Assembly (NCBI GenBank): GCA_026004535.1
Contig: BPJI01000001.1
Location: 324,523-388,522 of the forward strand
Reading direction: 5' to 3'
Length of the DNA stretch: 64,000 nucleotides
Origin: Candidatus Parcubacteria bacterium
GTDB lineage: Bacteria; Patescibacteriota; Minisyncoccia; UBA6257; HR35
Within the stretch, counting starts at the first letter, position 1, and every line of letters starts with the position of its first letter. The translations under genes and the position numbers were made by a program. Below are positions 47,985 to 57,823 of this stretch, one piece after another. The notes below the pieces were generated by a model. The model was not told the DNA's origin and searched no databases. It saw only the letters and a list, made by a program, of their open reading frames with translations.

Positions 47985-48375
47985 GATTAACGCAGACAGC
48001 AACAGAAAAAATATTTTCTGCCCGGATATTAACCGGATAAGTTACCCGGATTCTTACCGGATATACTACCCGGATTCTTACCGGATAATATTTCATTATT
48101 TTACCCGGATATTAACCGGATGATAGCTACCCGGATTTAGACCGGATATACTACCCAGCTATAAACCGGATGATTTATAAAATATTTTTTATCCGGTATT
48201 CATATCCGGGTAAAATAATCCGGGTGGCTATCCGGGTAATCTATTCCGGTAAGTTATCCGGGTAAAACAATCCGGTATTTATCCGGGTAATCCATCCGGT
48301 TGACTATCCGGTTAATATTTTAATATCCGGTAATCATCCGGGTAAATAAATATCCGGTTGATTATCCGGGTTAAA
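47985..48375. repeat. CCGGAT-type periodic palindromic element, about 390 bp
   Basis: Left …cccggatattaaccggataagttacccggattcttaccggatatac…. Right half carries the reverse complements …atccgggtaaaataatccgggtggctatccgggtaatc…. Confidence 0.7.
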
Positions 48376-48380
48376 GATAT

Positions 48381-48905
48381 ATGACCAACATCCTTTTACA
48401 ATATTATCAAAAATATCCATTTATTTTTAATTATTTTGATTTTCTGCGTGATTTATTATTAGCTTTCCAATTAATTTTAATATTTAGTTTTATCTTTGCT
48501 TCAAAAAAATGGAAATATATTTTTTATTATTTGTCTATTTTTTTATTTGCTTTTTTAGTCGCAACATTTTTTAAATCTTATTTTCCTTCACTAAGACCAA
48601 TTTCTTATTTTTGCGAAACTCAAAATTTAATCTGTGATGGTCTGCGTTATGATAGTTTTCCTTCTCGACATACGTTGATTTCTTTTGCTTCATCATTAAC
48701 GTTGATTTTTCAAAATTTCAAGCTCGGTATTTTTTCTTTAGCTTTAACAATATTGATTGCTATTTTGAGTTTGCTCTCTCTTCGGCATTGGTTAATTGAC
48801 GTAATTTTTGGTTTTATTTTTGGTTTTATTGTCTTTTGGATTTTGTTTAAACTTTCAAAGTTTTTTAATTGGTTTGATGTTAATCAAAGACAAAGCAAAG
48901 CCTAA
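48381..48905 (+). CDS. PAP2-family membrane phosphatase
   Basis: KSYFPSLRP (KxxxxxxRP), SFPSRHT (PSGH-like), SLRHWLIDV (SRxxxxxHxxxD). Confidence 0.65.
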   Translation: MTNILLQYYQKYPFIFNYFDFLRDLLLAFQLILIFSFIFASKKWKYIFYYLSIFLFAFLVATFFKSYFPSLRPISYFCETQNLICDGLRYDSFPSRHTLISFASSLTLIFQNFKLGIFSLALTILIAILSLLSLRHWLIDVIFGFIFGFIVFWILFKLSKFFNWFDVNQRQSKA

Positions 48906-50660
48906 AAATTCCCTTAAAAAATAAACAAAAGCAATTTTATACGCCACGGATTCACGCCGATTTTTATAATCCACGGATTTACGCGGATTTAGAACGGATT
49001 TACGTGGATTATTATCATTAGGATTTAGGCGGATGTTGTTTCCGGGTAGTATTCTTTCTTTTTCATAAAAGCTATGAATTTTTTTAGCTAAATCAATTAA
49101 ATAATCAGTGAGAAGATGAGGTCTTTTTTCTTTGTAAATTAAATAAATTAAATCTTGTAATTGATGAACCTTTCTTAAAATTATTTTAGCTGAGTCAATG
49201 TCTTTAATTGATAAGAAAACTTTTTGCGCATCAATTATTCGTGTTAATTCGCTTTTTATTCGTGTTAATTCGCGTCCTTTCTCCAAAATACTATTTAACC
49301 TTGCACAAGCATATTGAATATACCAATAAGGATTTTCCTCTGATTCTTTTTTGGCTAAATCTAAATCAAATTCAATCATAGCCTCAGGAGATTTTTGTAA
49401 AAAGAAAAATCTAACAACTCCTGAGTCAATTTCGTCAATTAAGTCTTGTAAAGTGATAAAAACTCCTCTTCTTTTTGACATTCTTAAATATTCTTGTCCT
49501 TTTTTAAGATGAACAAATTGATAAACTATCGGTAAAAATTGGTAATCTTTAATGCCAAAAATTTTTAAAGCGGCTCTCAATCTGCGAGTGTGATCAAGAT
49601 GGTCACTAGCAACAATTAAAATTTCTATCTTATTTTTCTTAAGAAAAAATTTATGGTAATAGTGTAAAATATCAGAGAAAAAATAAGTTGGTTCACCATT
49701 TTGTTTAATTAAAACTTCATCTTTATCTTCACCCAATTTTGTTAAAAGCAAAAACAAAGCTCCATCTCTATTTTCAATTAATTTTTTTCTTTCAAAAATT
49801 CTTAGAACTCTTTTATCTAAATTTTTTTTATAGAGATCCGTTTCAAAGAAGTACCAATCAAAATTAGTGCCAAAATTTTTTAAGGCTTGTTTAATGAGAT
49901 TCTTTAAAATATAATCAGCTACTTTTTTGCCAATTTTTTCTAATATTACAGACTCATGCTGATTTAGAATTGTTTTTATTTCTTCACTCAACTTTTCAGC
50001 AATCTCTTTTAGATATTCACCTTGATAAAAATTGCTTTCCCAATCAAGATAACCTAAATGAGCCAAGACTGTTTTGGCTAAAATCTCAATTTGATTTCCG
50101 CGATCATTAACGTAATATTCCCTAGTAACTCTAAATCCAGCTAATTTTAAAATGTTTGCCAAAGTATCTCCTAAAACAGCACCTCGAGCATTTCCTAAAG
50201 TTAAAGGCCCAGTAGGATTAGCGGAGACATAATCAATATTTAATTTTTGTTTTCGACCATAATTTTGTTGGAAAAATTTTTCTTTATTTTTATAAATTGC
50301 TCTAAATGTTTTTAAAAGCTGATAATCAGAAAGCCAAAAATTTAAGTAATTATTGACAATCTCGATTTTTTTGAAAACCAAGGATTTTCGCGGATTTAAA
50401 ACGGATTTATGCGGGTTATTATCAGCGTTGATCCTTTTTGAAATCTGTGTAAATCTGTGTTTAATTTTATCAATAATTATTTTTTCTTTTTCCGGAGCAA
50501 ATTGTTTTAAAAGAAAAATTAGATTGGTTGAATAATCACCTAATTTTTCATCATCAATTAAAAATACTTTTAATTTTTGTAAAATTTTCTCTGCTTTTTC
50601 TTTATCGATTTCTTTTCTAATTAAATTTTTCAATTTTTGCTCTAAAAGATAAAGATTCAT
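48855..50660 (-). CDS. argS: arginyl-tRNA synthetase
   Basis: …YVSANPTGPLTLGNARGAVLGD…. In-frame CACGGAT-repeat insertions near both ends (48930-49040 and 50380-50420). Confidence 0.85.
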   Translation of the reverse strand: MNLYLLEQKLKNLIRKEIDKEKAEKILQKLKVFLIDDEKLGDYSTNLIFLLKQFAPEKEKIIIDKIKHRFTQISKRINADNNPHKSVLNPRKSLVFKKIEIVNNYLNFWLSDYQLLKTFRAIYKNKEKFFQQNYGRKQKLNIDYVSANPTGPLTLGNARGAVLGDTLANILKLAGFRVTREYYVNDRGNQIEILAKTVLAHLGYLDWESNFYQGEYLKEIAEKLSEEIKTILNQHESVILEKIGKKVADYILKNLIKQALKNFGTNFDWYFFETDLYKKNLDKRVLRIFERKKLIENRDGALFLLLTKLGEDKDEVLIKQNGEPTYFFSDILHYYHKFFLKKNKIEILIVASDHLDHTRRLRAALKIFGIKDYQFLPIVYQFVHLKKGQEYLRMSKRRGVFITLQDLIDEIDSGVVRFFFLQKSPEAMIEFDLDLAKKESEENPYWYIQYACARLNSILEKGRELTRIKSELTRIIDAQKVFLSIKDIDSAKIILRKVHQLQDLIYLIYKEKRPHLLTDYLIDLAKKIHSFYEKERILPGNNIRLNPNDNNPRKSVLNPRKSVDYKNRRESVAYKIAFVYFLREFLGFALSLINIKPIKKL

Positions 50661-53600
50661 TGAAACACTCTTTTAAAAGTGTCATTTAATATTTTTTGAT
50701 AATCTTTCTTACCTTCAGCAACTAAATCCATTGCCTCTTCTAATTTTATAGTAAATTCTTCAGCAACCAAATCTTTGTGTTTTTTAATCAAATAATTATA
50801 AATCTTTTCTCCTAAAGAAACGGGAATTAAATATCCCGAACGATTGAGAACATATTTTCTATCAATTAAAGTTTGAATAATTGTTGAATAAGTTGATGGT
50901 CTACCTAAGCCTCTTTTTTTCATTTCATCAATAAGCTCACCCTGGGTATAATGATATTCTTTTGGTACTTTTTTAATTTTTAAATTCTCAACTTTAAATT
51001 TATCTTCAATTAAATTAAAAATTTTTATATTTTTAAAGAATTGAAGATGATTGCCTTCAGTAATTTCAACAAAAGCCTCTTGTGTTTGCTTATATAAAAC
51101 AAATTCATGGTTACTTGTTTTAAGGATTATTTCAATTTCTGTTTTTTTGCCTTTGCTTGGTTTCATCTGAGAAGCGATAAATCTATTAAAGATCAATCCG
51201 TAAAGCTGTAAGTGTTTTTTAGTCAAATTTTTTTGTTCTAAAATCATACTTTCAATAAGATCTTGGACATCTAACGGTTTTGTCGGTCTTATTCCTTCAT
51301 GAGTACCAATTTCTCCCCAAGCTCGTTTATAAAACAAATCTTTTAAATTCTTTCTTTCTAAATATTCATAGGCAACATTACGACCGAATTCAGAAACGAA
51401 AACAGAATCAGTTCGATGATAAGTAATTAATCCTTGTTCAAAAAGGTCCTGAGCTAATCTCATTGTTATTGGAGCTTCAAATCTAAAAAAACTATTAGCA
51501 TCTTTTAAAAGATTACTTGTATCATAAGGAGGTAGGGGATTAATTGTTTCTTCTTGGGTTCTGTTAAATTTTATTTCAATTTCTAATTCTTGGTTTTTAA
51601 AGGCTGTTTTTATTTCTTTAATAATGTCTTCATTTTCTAAGTAAAAATAAAGAGGAGTAAGTTTTTGGGAATCATTGGGTTGATTTATGCTAACATTAAC
51701 TAAATAATGCTTATTTTTAATTCTTTTTTCTTTTTCTAAAATCCAACCTAAGACTGGAGTCTGAACTCTGCCGGCAGAAAGATTGAGATTTTTAAAATGT
51801 TGTTGAATTTCTTCACTTAATTTAAAACCAATCCAACGATCAGAAATTCTTCTTAAAAGTTGAGCCTTGACTAAATTAACATCAACATCTCTTGGTTCTT
51901 TTATTTTTTTAATGAATTCAGTTTTGGTAATTTCATGAAGCTCTATTCGTTTGATGTTTTGATTATAGGGATAAAGATAGGCAAATAAATCAAAAGCTAT
52001 TTTTTCGCCTTCGGTATCAGGATCAGTGGCTAAATAAATTTTATCAACCTCAAAAGCAATTTTTTGTAAATTTTTTATTAATTCTTGTTTACTAAGGAAA
52101 TTTTGAGAATTACAAACAGGACATTCATTTTCGTTTAAACTTAAGTGGCGCTTACAATTCTGACAAATTTTTAAGGGTTGAAAAACAGGCACAAATTCCC
52201 CTTTTTCTTTTTTGACACCATAATAACCATCTTGATGAGTTAAATCAGTAAAGTGCCCTAAAGTAGCGCAAATATTTAAATGTAGATTTCCTAAGGAAAC
52301 CTCATAAAAAATAATATTAGCCTTAATTCTCCTAGCTGGCTTGCCAAAAAAGTTAGCGATCGTTTTTGCTTTTGTCGGCGATTCAACTAAAACCAAAGCA
52401 GTTTCAATTGGATCTTTAAGAGTAAACTCTTCGCCAGTTAAGACCCTTTCAACAATTTTGCGATCTTTATCAATTTCTTCTAAAATTTTTGTTAAATTAA
52501 TTTCACTAGCATTTTTAAAATTTGCTTCATAGCCTAAGATTTTCAATTTATCTTTTAAATGATTTAAAACTTTTTCATTTTCAGCTAAAATTAAAGCTAA
52601 TCCTTTGGTAAGACCCAGAGGAAAAAGTCGCGAAGTTCTACCTGATGCTTGAATATAGCCACGAGGATCAGAAACAACTAAATAATAATTTAAATTATTA
52701 CCCGGATCATCACTAGATATATTACCCGGATGATTACCGGATAGATGGTTGTTTTCCTTGGAATTTATATTAGTTTTTACTCCATTATTGTTCGCATTGG
52801 TTCGCGTATAGTTCGCATCAGTCTGCGTCATTAGAGTTATTCTTGGATGTTTTTTAATTTTTTCAATAATTTCTTCATCTTTTAAAAATTCTTCAAAAGT
52901 TCTTTTTATTGGTTCGATTTTTTCCTTTAAATTTTTATCAGCCAGAATTGCTTCTTCTTTGAGAAAAGATATTTTTTTAAGAAAATTCAAATTTCTTTCA
53001 ATTAACGATTTTTCATCGACAGTTTCTCTTAATGTTAGGCCTAAAAGAAAAAGATGTAAAGGAGAATAAGATACTTTTAATGGAATCTTAAATTTTGGCA
53101 CACCCAAAAACAAGGCATATCTTACTTTTTGGGGTAAATCAATTCCTCGAGTTAAGGGATTTCTAATATTACTAAAGCCGACAACAACTTGAATTTCATT
53201 TTCTAAAAAAGCTTTTTGATTTTTGGTATTAAATTTTTCATACGAAACAGCATTTATGCTATTTTCTTTTAAAAAATCAATATAATTATTTAAATCTTCT
53301 TTACGAAAATCATCATTTAAAAAAACAAAACCACCAGGACCTAATTTTTTTAGCCAATAGATTGATCTTTTGATTAACGCGATTTTTTGCGAACTATCGG
53401 AAGGAGCGGAAACGAACGCAGAACTATCGGAATGAGCGGAAGAATTGTTTCCGTTTGTTCCGTTTATAATTTCATACACTTCTTCAATGTTTCTTAAATA
53501 AGTTGTTGCTGAGCCAATTTCAAATCCTAAAAGTTCTCGAAAAAGGGCAATTTTTTTTGTTTTTGGAGTTAAAGTGGCTGAAGCAGCAATAATAAGACCC

Positions 53601-54355
53601 TTCTCATCTTTGTTAATATCCATAACTTCAATTGCAGCATAATCTTCTCTATTTTTGGCTTTTCTTTTTTTGTCAATAATTTGGATTGCTCTTTGGATTT
53701 CTTCATCTTTGAATTTAATTAATTTCAAAACTTTATCAATATTTTTTGGTTGTCTGATTAAAGAATCGGCGTCATCAACAAAAACCAAATCAAAATTTTT
53801 AGGAATAATGTCAAAATTTTTATGAAGAAAGTTGGCCGTAGTAAGCAAAATATCAAAATCTTCATTTTTTAATAATTCTTTATCTTCTTTTTCTTTAATG
53901 ATTAAAATTTTTTTATCAGATTTTATATTTTTTAATTTTTTCTCAATCTCACGCAATAAAATTTTTGAAGGGACTAAATAATAAACTTTGCCTGGAAGAA
54001 AATGAGAAATAATGTTACCAAAAGTTGTTTTACCAATTCCGGTAGGAGCAATTATGGAAAAAGATTCTCTTTTTAAGACTCTTTTTGCCCAATAAAGCTG
54101 AAGTCGAAGTGGTTGATGCCCAGTATTTTCTTTAAAAAAATTTATGAATTCTTTTAATTTCTGTAAAACTATGTAATCTTCATTAAAATTCTCCAAGTCC
54201 TCTTTAAGATCGAGATTCTCAGTTATCTTAAATAGGGTTTTTTTAAATCTTTCATAATCTTTATTACACAAGCCATAATTATAGATTTCCTCAAAATTAG
54301 CATCATTTCTATCTATCGGACAAATTTCTAAATAGCGAACGTTTAATTTTTCCAT
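50657..54355 (-). CDS. rgy: reverse gyrase (N-terminal helicase-like domain fused to a type IA topoisomerase)
   Basis: …LQLYWAKRVLKRESFSIIAPTGIGKTTFG…, …DLVFVDDAD…, …ALVLVESPTKAKTIANFF… (TOPRIM), Zn finger CQNCKRH…CPVC. 1232 aa. In-frame repeat insertions at about 52690-52830 and 53390-53460. Confidence 0.8.
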   Translation of the reverse strand: MEKLNVRYLEICPIDRNDANFEEIYNYGLCNKDYERFKKTLFKITENLDLKEDLENFNEDYIVLQKLKEFINFFKENTGHQPLRLQLYWAKRVLKRESFSIIAPTGIGKTTFGNIISHFLPGKVYYLVPSKILLREIEKKLKNIKSDKKILIIKEKEDKELLKNEDFDILLTTANFLHKNFDIIPKNFDLVFVDDADSLIRQPKNIDKVLKLIKFKDEEIQRAIQIIDKKRKAKNREDYAAIEVMDINKDEKGLIIAASATLTPKTKKIALFRELLGFEIGSATTYLRNIEEVYEIINGTNGNNSSAHSDSSAFVSAPSDSSQKIALIKRSIYWLKKLGPGGFVFLNDDFRKEDLNNYIDFLKENSINAVSYEKFNTKNQKAFLENEIQVVVGFSNIRNPLTRGIDLPQKVRYALFLGVPKFKIPLKVSYSPLHLFLLGLTLRETVDEKSLIERNLNFLKKISFLKEEAILADKNLKEKIEPIKRTFEEFLKDEEIIEKIKKHPRITLMTQTDANYTRTNANNNGVKTNINSKENNHLSGNHPGNISSDDPGNNLNYYLVVSDPRGYIQASGRTSRLFPLGLTKGLALILAENEKVLNHLKDKLKILGYEANFKNASEINLTKILEEIDKDRKIVERVLTGEEFTLKDPIETALVLVESPTKAKTIANFFGKPARRIKANIIFYEVSLGNLHLNICATLGHFTDLTHQDGYYGVKKEKGEFVPVFQPLKICQNCKRHLSLNENECPVCNSQNFLSKQELIKNLQKIAFEVDKIYLATDPDTEGEKIAFDLFAYLYPYNQNIKRIELHEITKTEFIKKIKEPRDVDVNLVKAQLLRRISDRWIGFKLSEEIQQHFKNLNLSAGRVQTPVLGWILEKEKRIKNKHYLVNVSINQPNDSQKLTPLYFYLENEDIIKEIKTAFKNQELEIEIKFNRTQEETINPLPPYDTSNLLKDANSFFRFEAPITMRLAQDLFEQGLITYHRTDSVFVSEFGRNVAYEYLERKNLKDLFYKRAWGEIGTHEGIRPTKPLDVQDLIESMILEQKNLTKKHLQLYGLIFNRFIASQMKPSKGKKTEIEIILKTSNHEFVLYKQTQEAFVEITEGNHLQFFKNIKIFNLIEDKFKVENLKIKKVPKEYHYTQGELIDEMKKRGLGRPSTYSTIIQTLIDRKYVLNRSGYLIPVSLGEKIYNYLIKKHKDLVAEEFTIKLEEAMDLVAEGKKDYQKILNDTFKRVFQ

Positions 54356-54378
54356 TATAATAATATTATAATTAAATT

Positions 54379-55209
54379 ATGCATCTTAAAGAATTGATTT
54401 ATTCATTAAAAACAGGAGAAGCAATTTTACATTATAATGTTGCTACCCTTGAACAAATAAAAGCTGGAATTTTAGCAGTTCAAGAAACAAAAATTCCATT
54501 AATTTTTGGTGTTTCAGAGGGAGAAAGAAATTATTTGAGCCCTGCTTTAGTAAAAGAGATAATTGATTTTTATAAAAAAGATTTGCCAATCTTTTTAAAT
54601 GCTGATCATTCAAAGAGTTTTGAGACAGCAAAACAAGCAATTGATTTAAATTATGATGCAGTTTTGTTTGATGGAAGTGAACTTACTTTAGATGAAAATA
54701 TAAAAATTACAAAAGAATTAATTAACTATCGAGGAGATAAAAATATTTTAATTGAAGGCGAGATTGGTAAAATTGAAGGTAAATCTGAAATTCAAAAAGA
54801 AGTTGAGGTAAAAAAAGAAAATCTAACTAAAGTTGAAGAAGCAATTAAGTTTGTTGAAGAAACAAAAGTTGATTTATTAGCAGTTTCGATCGGTAATATC
54901 CATGGTATTACCGAAAAAGAACCAGAGCTTGATTTTGAAAGGGGCAGGGAAATAGCTCAAGCCGTAAAAATTCCATTGGTTTTACATGGTGCCTCCGGAC
55001 TTTCTTTAGAAAAAATAAAAAAATGTATTGAAATTGGTTTTAAAATAATCCATCTTAACACTGAGTTTAGAAAAATTTGGAAAGAAAAATTAATTGAGGA
55101 ATTGGGGAAAGAAACAGTAACTCCTTATAAAATTTTAGAACCAGTTGTTGAAGAGATTAAAAAGAAAATTGTTTATTATCAGGTTAGGTTTCAGGATTCA
55201 GGAAGTTAG
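54379..55209 (+). CDS. fba: class II fructose-/tagatose-bisphosphate aldolase family protein
   Basis: …ILHYNVATLEQIKAGILAVQETKIPLIFGVSEG…NADHSKS…LHGASG…. The C-terminus reads through a GGTTAGG-type repeat. Confidence 0.75.
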   Translation: MHLKELIYSLKTGEAILHYNVATLEQIKAGILAVQETKIPLIFGVSEGERNYLSPALVKEIIDFYKKDLPIFLNADHSKSFETAKQAIDLNYDAVLFDGSELTLDENIKITKELINYRGDKNILIEGEIGKIEGKSEIQKEVEVKKENLTKVEEAIKFVEETKVDLLAVSIGNIHGITEKEPELDFERGREIAQAVKIPLVLHGASGLSLEKIKKCIEIGFKIIHLNTEFRKIWKEKLIEELGKETVTPYKILEPVVEEIKKKIVYYQVRFQDSGS

Positions 55210-55232
55210 GTTTTAGGAAATTAGGTTTCAGG

Positions 55233-56579
55233 TTAATTGATTCTTTTCAAAATAATTCCTCCGCCTAAAACGATGTCATCTTTATAAAAAACTATTGATT
55301 GACCTGGGGCAACAAATTTTTGAGGTTCGAGAAATTCAATGAACGCAGACCCTCGCAGACTGTGCGCAGACTTTTGCAGACTATACTCAGATTCACGCAG
55401 AATAAGTTTTGCTTTAACTAAGGGTTGTCTATGGCGAAAACGAACATCAATAATTATAGAATTACCCGGATGATTACCTGATAGATTACCCGGATGATTA
55501 CCTGATAGATTACCCGGATGATTACCGGATGAATAGTTATTGTTTATATAGTCTGCGTAAGTCTGCGTGTAGTCTGCGTGGGTCTTCGTTTTATCTGTAT
55601 TAGTCTGAGGAAACAAAATTTCTTTTTCTAAGATATTAATTTCAGTAATTTCAATTTTTTGGCTATAAAGTAAAGGATGACCTTCTTTAGCAACAACAAT
55701 TAAATTTTCTTCAGGAATTTTTTGAGCTACATAATATGGGCCATCACCAACTTTAATATTAAGTCCATGTCTTTGGCCTTCAGTGAAATAAAAATAACCA
55801 GGATGAGTGCCTAGGATCCTTCCTTCAGTATCAATAATTTTACCTTCTTTTGGTTTTAAATATTGACTTAAAAATTCTCTTAATTTTACTTGGCCAACAA
55901 AGCAAATTCCCATACTTTCCTTCTTCTCAGCAACTGGTAAATTATATTTTTTAGCAATTTCTCTAACTTCAGTCTTTAGCAAATCGCCAACAGGGAAAAT
56001 TATTTTTGAGAACTTTTCTTTTTCAATTGACCAAAGAAAATAAGTTTGATCTTTATCCTGATCTTTTGCTTTTAAAAGATGAATTTCAGATGTATTACCC
56101 TGATGTCCACCGGATATATTACCCAGATAATTACCTGATGAATTATTTCTTTTATTAGATTCTATATTAAGATTGTCTTTCTTATTGTTCGCATCAGTTC
56201 GCGTTAAGTTCGCATCGATTTGCGTTCGAGCATAATGTCCTGAAGCAACCATCTCATAACCTAAATTTAAAGCTTTATCAAAAAATACGCCAAATTTTAT
56301 AAACTGATTGCAGTAGACATCTGGATTAGGAGTTAAGCCCTTTTCATAAGTTCGAATCATATAGTTTATAACTTTTTCTTCAAATTCATCGGTTAAATCA
56401 AAAACATAAAAAGGAATATTTAAAATTTCAGCTACTCGACGAGCATCTTCAGCATCTTGAGGATTACAAAAATCAAAACAATGTAAATGAACACCAACGA
56501 GATTATAACCTTTTTCTTTTAAAAGCAAAGCTGAAACTGAAGAATCAACTCCTCCAGAAAGAAGAACAGCTATTTTCAT
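55233..56579 (-). CDS. mnmA: tRNA-specific 2-thiouridylase MnmA
   Basis: MKIAVLLSGGVDSSVSALLL… PP-loop. Two long in-frame insertions of CCGGAT plus GTCTGCGT repeat DNA (55340-55580, 56090-56230). Confidence 0.85.
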   Translation of the reverse strand: MKIAVLLSGGVDSSVSALLLKEKGYNLVGVHLHCFDFCNPQDAEDARRVAEILNIPFYVFDLTDEFEEKVINYMIRTYEKGLTPNPDVYCNQFIKFGVFFDKALNLGYEMVASGHYARTQIDANLTRTDANNKKDNLNIESNKRNNSSGNYLGNISGGHQGNTSEIHLLKAKDQDKDQTYFLWSIEKEKFSKIIFPVGDLLKTEVREIAKKYNLPVAEKKESMGICFVGQVKLREFLSQYLKPKEGKIIDTEGRILGTHPGYFYFTEGQRHGLNIKVGDGPYYVAQKIPEENLIVVAKEGHPLLYSQKIEITEINILEKEILFPQTNTDKTKTHADYTQTYADYINNNYSSGNHPGNLSGNHPGNLSGNHPGNSIIIDVRFRHRQPLVKAKLILRESEYSLQKSAHSLRGSAFIEFLEPQKFVAPGQSIVFYKDDIVLGGGIILKRIN

Positions 56580-57016
56580 TGACCAAGAGTAGTTTTAATT
56601 CTTTTTAAAATCTGATCAAGGCTTTCTGACTTGCTGAAAAAATCTAAAGCACCAAATTTTTTGATTATTTTATTATATTGGTCTCCTATTTCTTCTTTTA
56701 AGTCAAATTTATTTGTCATAATTAAAACTTTAATATTTTTACCATTAGGATGCGTTTTTAACCAAAAGAGAGTATCAACACCATTCATTATTGGCATAAC
56801 AACGTCTAAAAGAATTAAATTAGGTTTATATTGATCTAATAAGCTAATTCCTTCTTTGCCGTTTTCTGCCTCAATTATTTCATAACCCGCAGATTGGAGC
56901 TTTATTCTTAAGATCTCTCGATAATTTTTGTCATCGTCAATAATTAAAATTAATTTTTTATTATTTTGTTGTTGAATTGAATTGTTCATTCTAAGTCTTT
57001 TATATTTTGTGGTCAC
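56576..57016 (-). CDS. response regulator receiver-domain protein (stand-alone)
   Basis: …LILIIDDDKNYREILRIKL…LILLDVVMPIMNGVDT…. Confidence 0.75.
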   Translation of the reverse strand: MTTKYKRLRMNNSIQQQNNKKLILIIDDDKNYREILRIKLQSAGYEIIEAENGKEGISLLDQYKPNLILLDVVMPIMNGVDTLFWLKTHPNGKNIKVLIMTNKFDLKEEIGDQYNKIIKKFGALDFFSKSESLDQILKRIKTTLGQ

Positions 57017-57194
57017 GAAGTGACTTGTCCTGCACCACAGCCTTTGTCACGGTGCCTACCTGCTGGCAGGCAGACAGGTCGCCCTGGACCGAACTATGTT
57101 TTGGTTCAGGGCTAACCCCTAATCCCTAACCCCATAGTAGATTAAATCTCAATACGGGTTATATCTTCCAATTTTTATATATAAAATTTAATAT

Positions 57195-57267
57195 TGGACC
57201 CGAGGGGACTCGAACCCCTGACCTCTGCAGTGCAAATGCAGTGCTCTACCAACTGAGCTACGGGCCC
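57195..57267 (-). tRNA. tRNA-Ala (anticodon TGC)
   Basis: Reverse complement GGGCCCGTAGCTCAGTTGGTAGAGCACTGCATTTGCACTGCAGAGGTCAGGGGTTCGAGTCCCCTCGGGTCCA; G3:U70 present. Confidence 0.85.
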
Positions 57268-57273
57268 TTTTTG

Positions 57274-57345
57274 CGCCCCCAACCGGAGTCGAACCGGTAT
57301 TACCACCTTGAAAGAGTGGTGTCCTAACCGTTAGACGATGGGGGC
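57274..57345 (-). tRNA. tRNA-Glu (anticodon TTC)
   Basis: Reverse complement GCCCCCATCGTCTAACGGTTAGGACACCACTCTTTCAAGGTGGTAATACCGGTTCGACTCCGGTTGGGGGCG; paralogue of the 38489 gene. Confidence 0.85.
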
Positions 57346-57465
57346 CTCATTCAGCTTTACAGCTTCCTAGCTTCACAGCTTATCAGCTTCAAAAAATTAT
57401 AATATAATTATTATATCATAGAAGCTTTAAAGCTATGAAGCTTGGAAGCTGATAAGCTATTTTTT

Positions 57466-57536
57466 GTCCCCATAGCTTAATGGAAGAGCACAGCCCTGCG
57501 GAGGCTGGGATGGAGGTTCGATTCCTCCTGGGGACA
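57466..57536 (+). tRNA. tRNA-Arg (anticodon GCG)
   Basis: GTCCCCATAGCTTAATGGAAGAGCACAGCCCTGCGGAGGCTGGGATGGAGGTTCGATTCCTCCTGGGGACA. Confidence 0.7.
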
Positions 57537-57788
57537 ATTGAGTAATTAACATTTTTACCATTTTAGTTTGTTCCACATCTTCCCTGTCCGTTTCCTTCTG
57601 TTTAGTATATGTCGGAAGGAGCAGAAGCGGACGCAGAACCATCGGAAGGAGCAGAAGAATTATTTCCGCTTGTTCCGTATCCTTTTCTGTTTATTCCGCA
57701 TTTTCCATGTCCGTTTCCGTTCATTTCGTTTTTTCCGTGTCCGCTTCTGTTCATTTCGCCTTTAAATTTTAGCACAATTTTCCACATC

Positions 57789-57817
57789 TTGACATCATAT
57801 TTTTTTCTATTTATAAT
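57789..57817 (+). promoter_or_regulatory. sigma70-like promoter (TTGACA-17-TATAAT), duplicate of 37048
   Basis: Identical upstream 60 bp to the 37082 gene. Confidence 0.5.
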
Positions 57818-57823
57818 TAAATT

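Noticed and set aside
50657-54355. Archaeal origin of the contig (because of reverse gyrase)
   Set aside because: The 16S 5' end is bacterial (AGAGTTTGATCCTGGCTCAG). TrmD, ClpP/ClpB and bacterial-type tRNA-Ala (G3:U70) are present, and the bacterial secE-nusG-rplK arrangement is seen.
57105-57135. Telomere-like function for the GGGATTA / CCCTAAT repeats
   Set aside because: They are short (3-6 units), interstitial, present at many gene ends, and partly translated. This is consistent with ordinary slippage-type repeats on a presumably circular bacterial chromosome.
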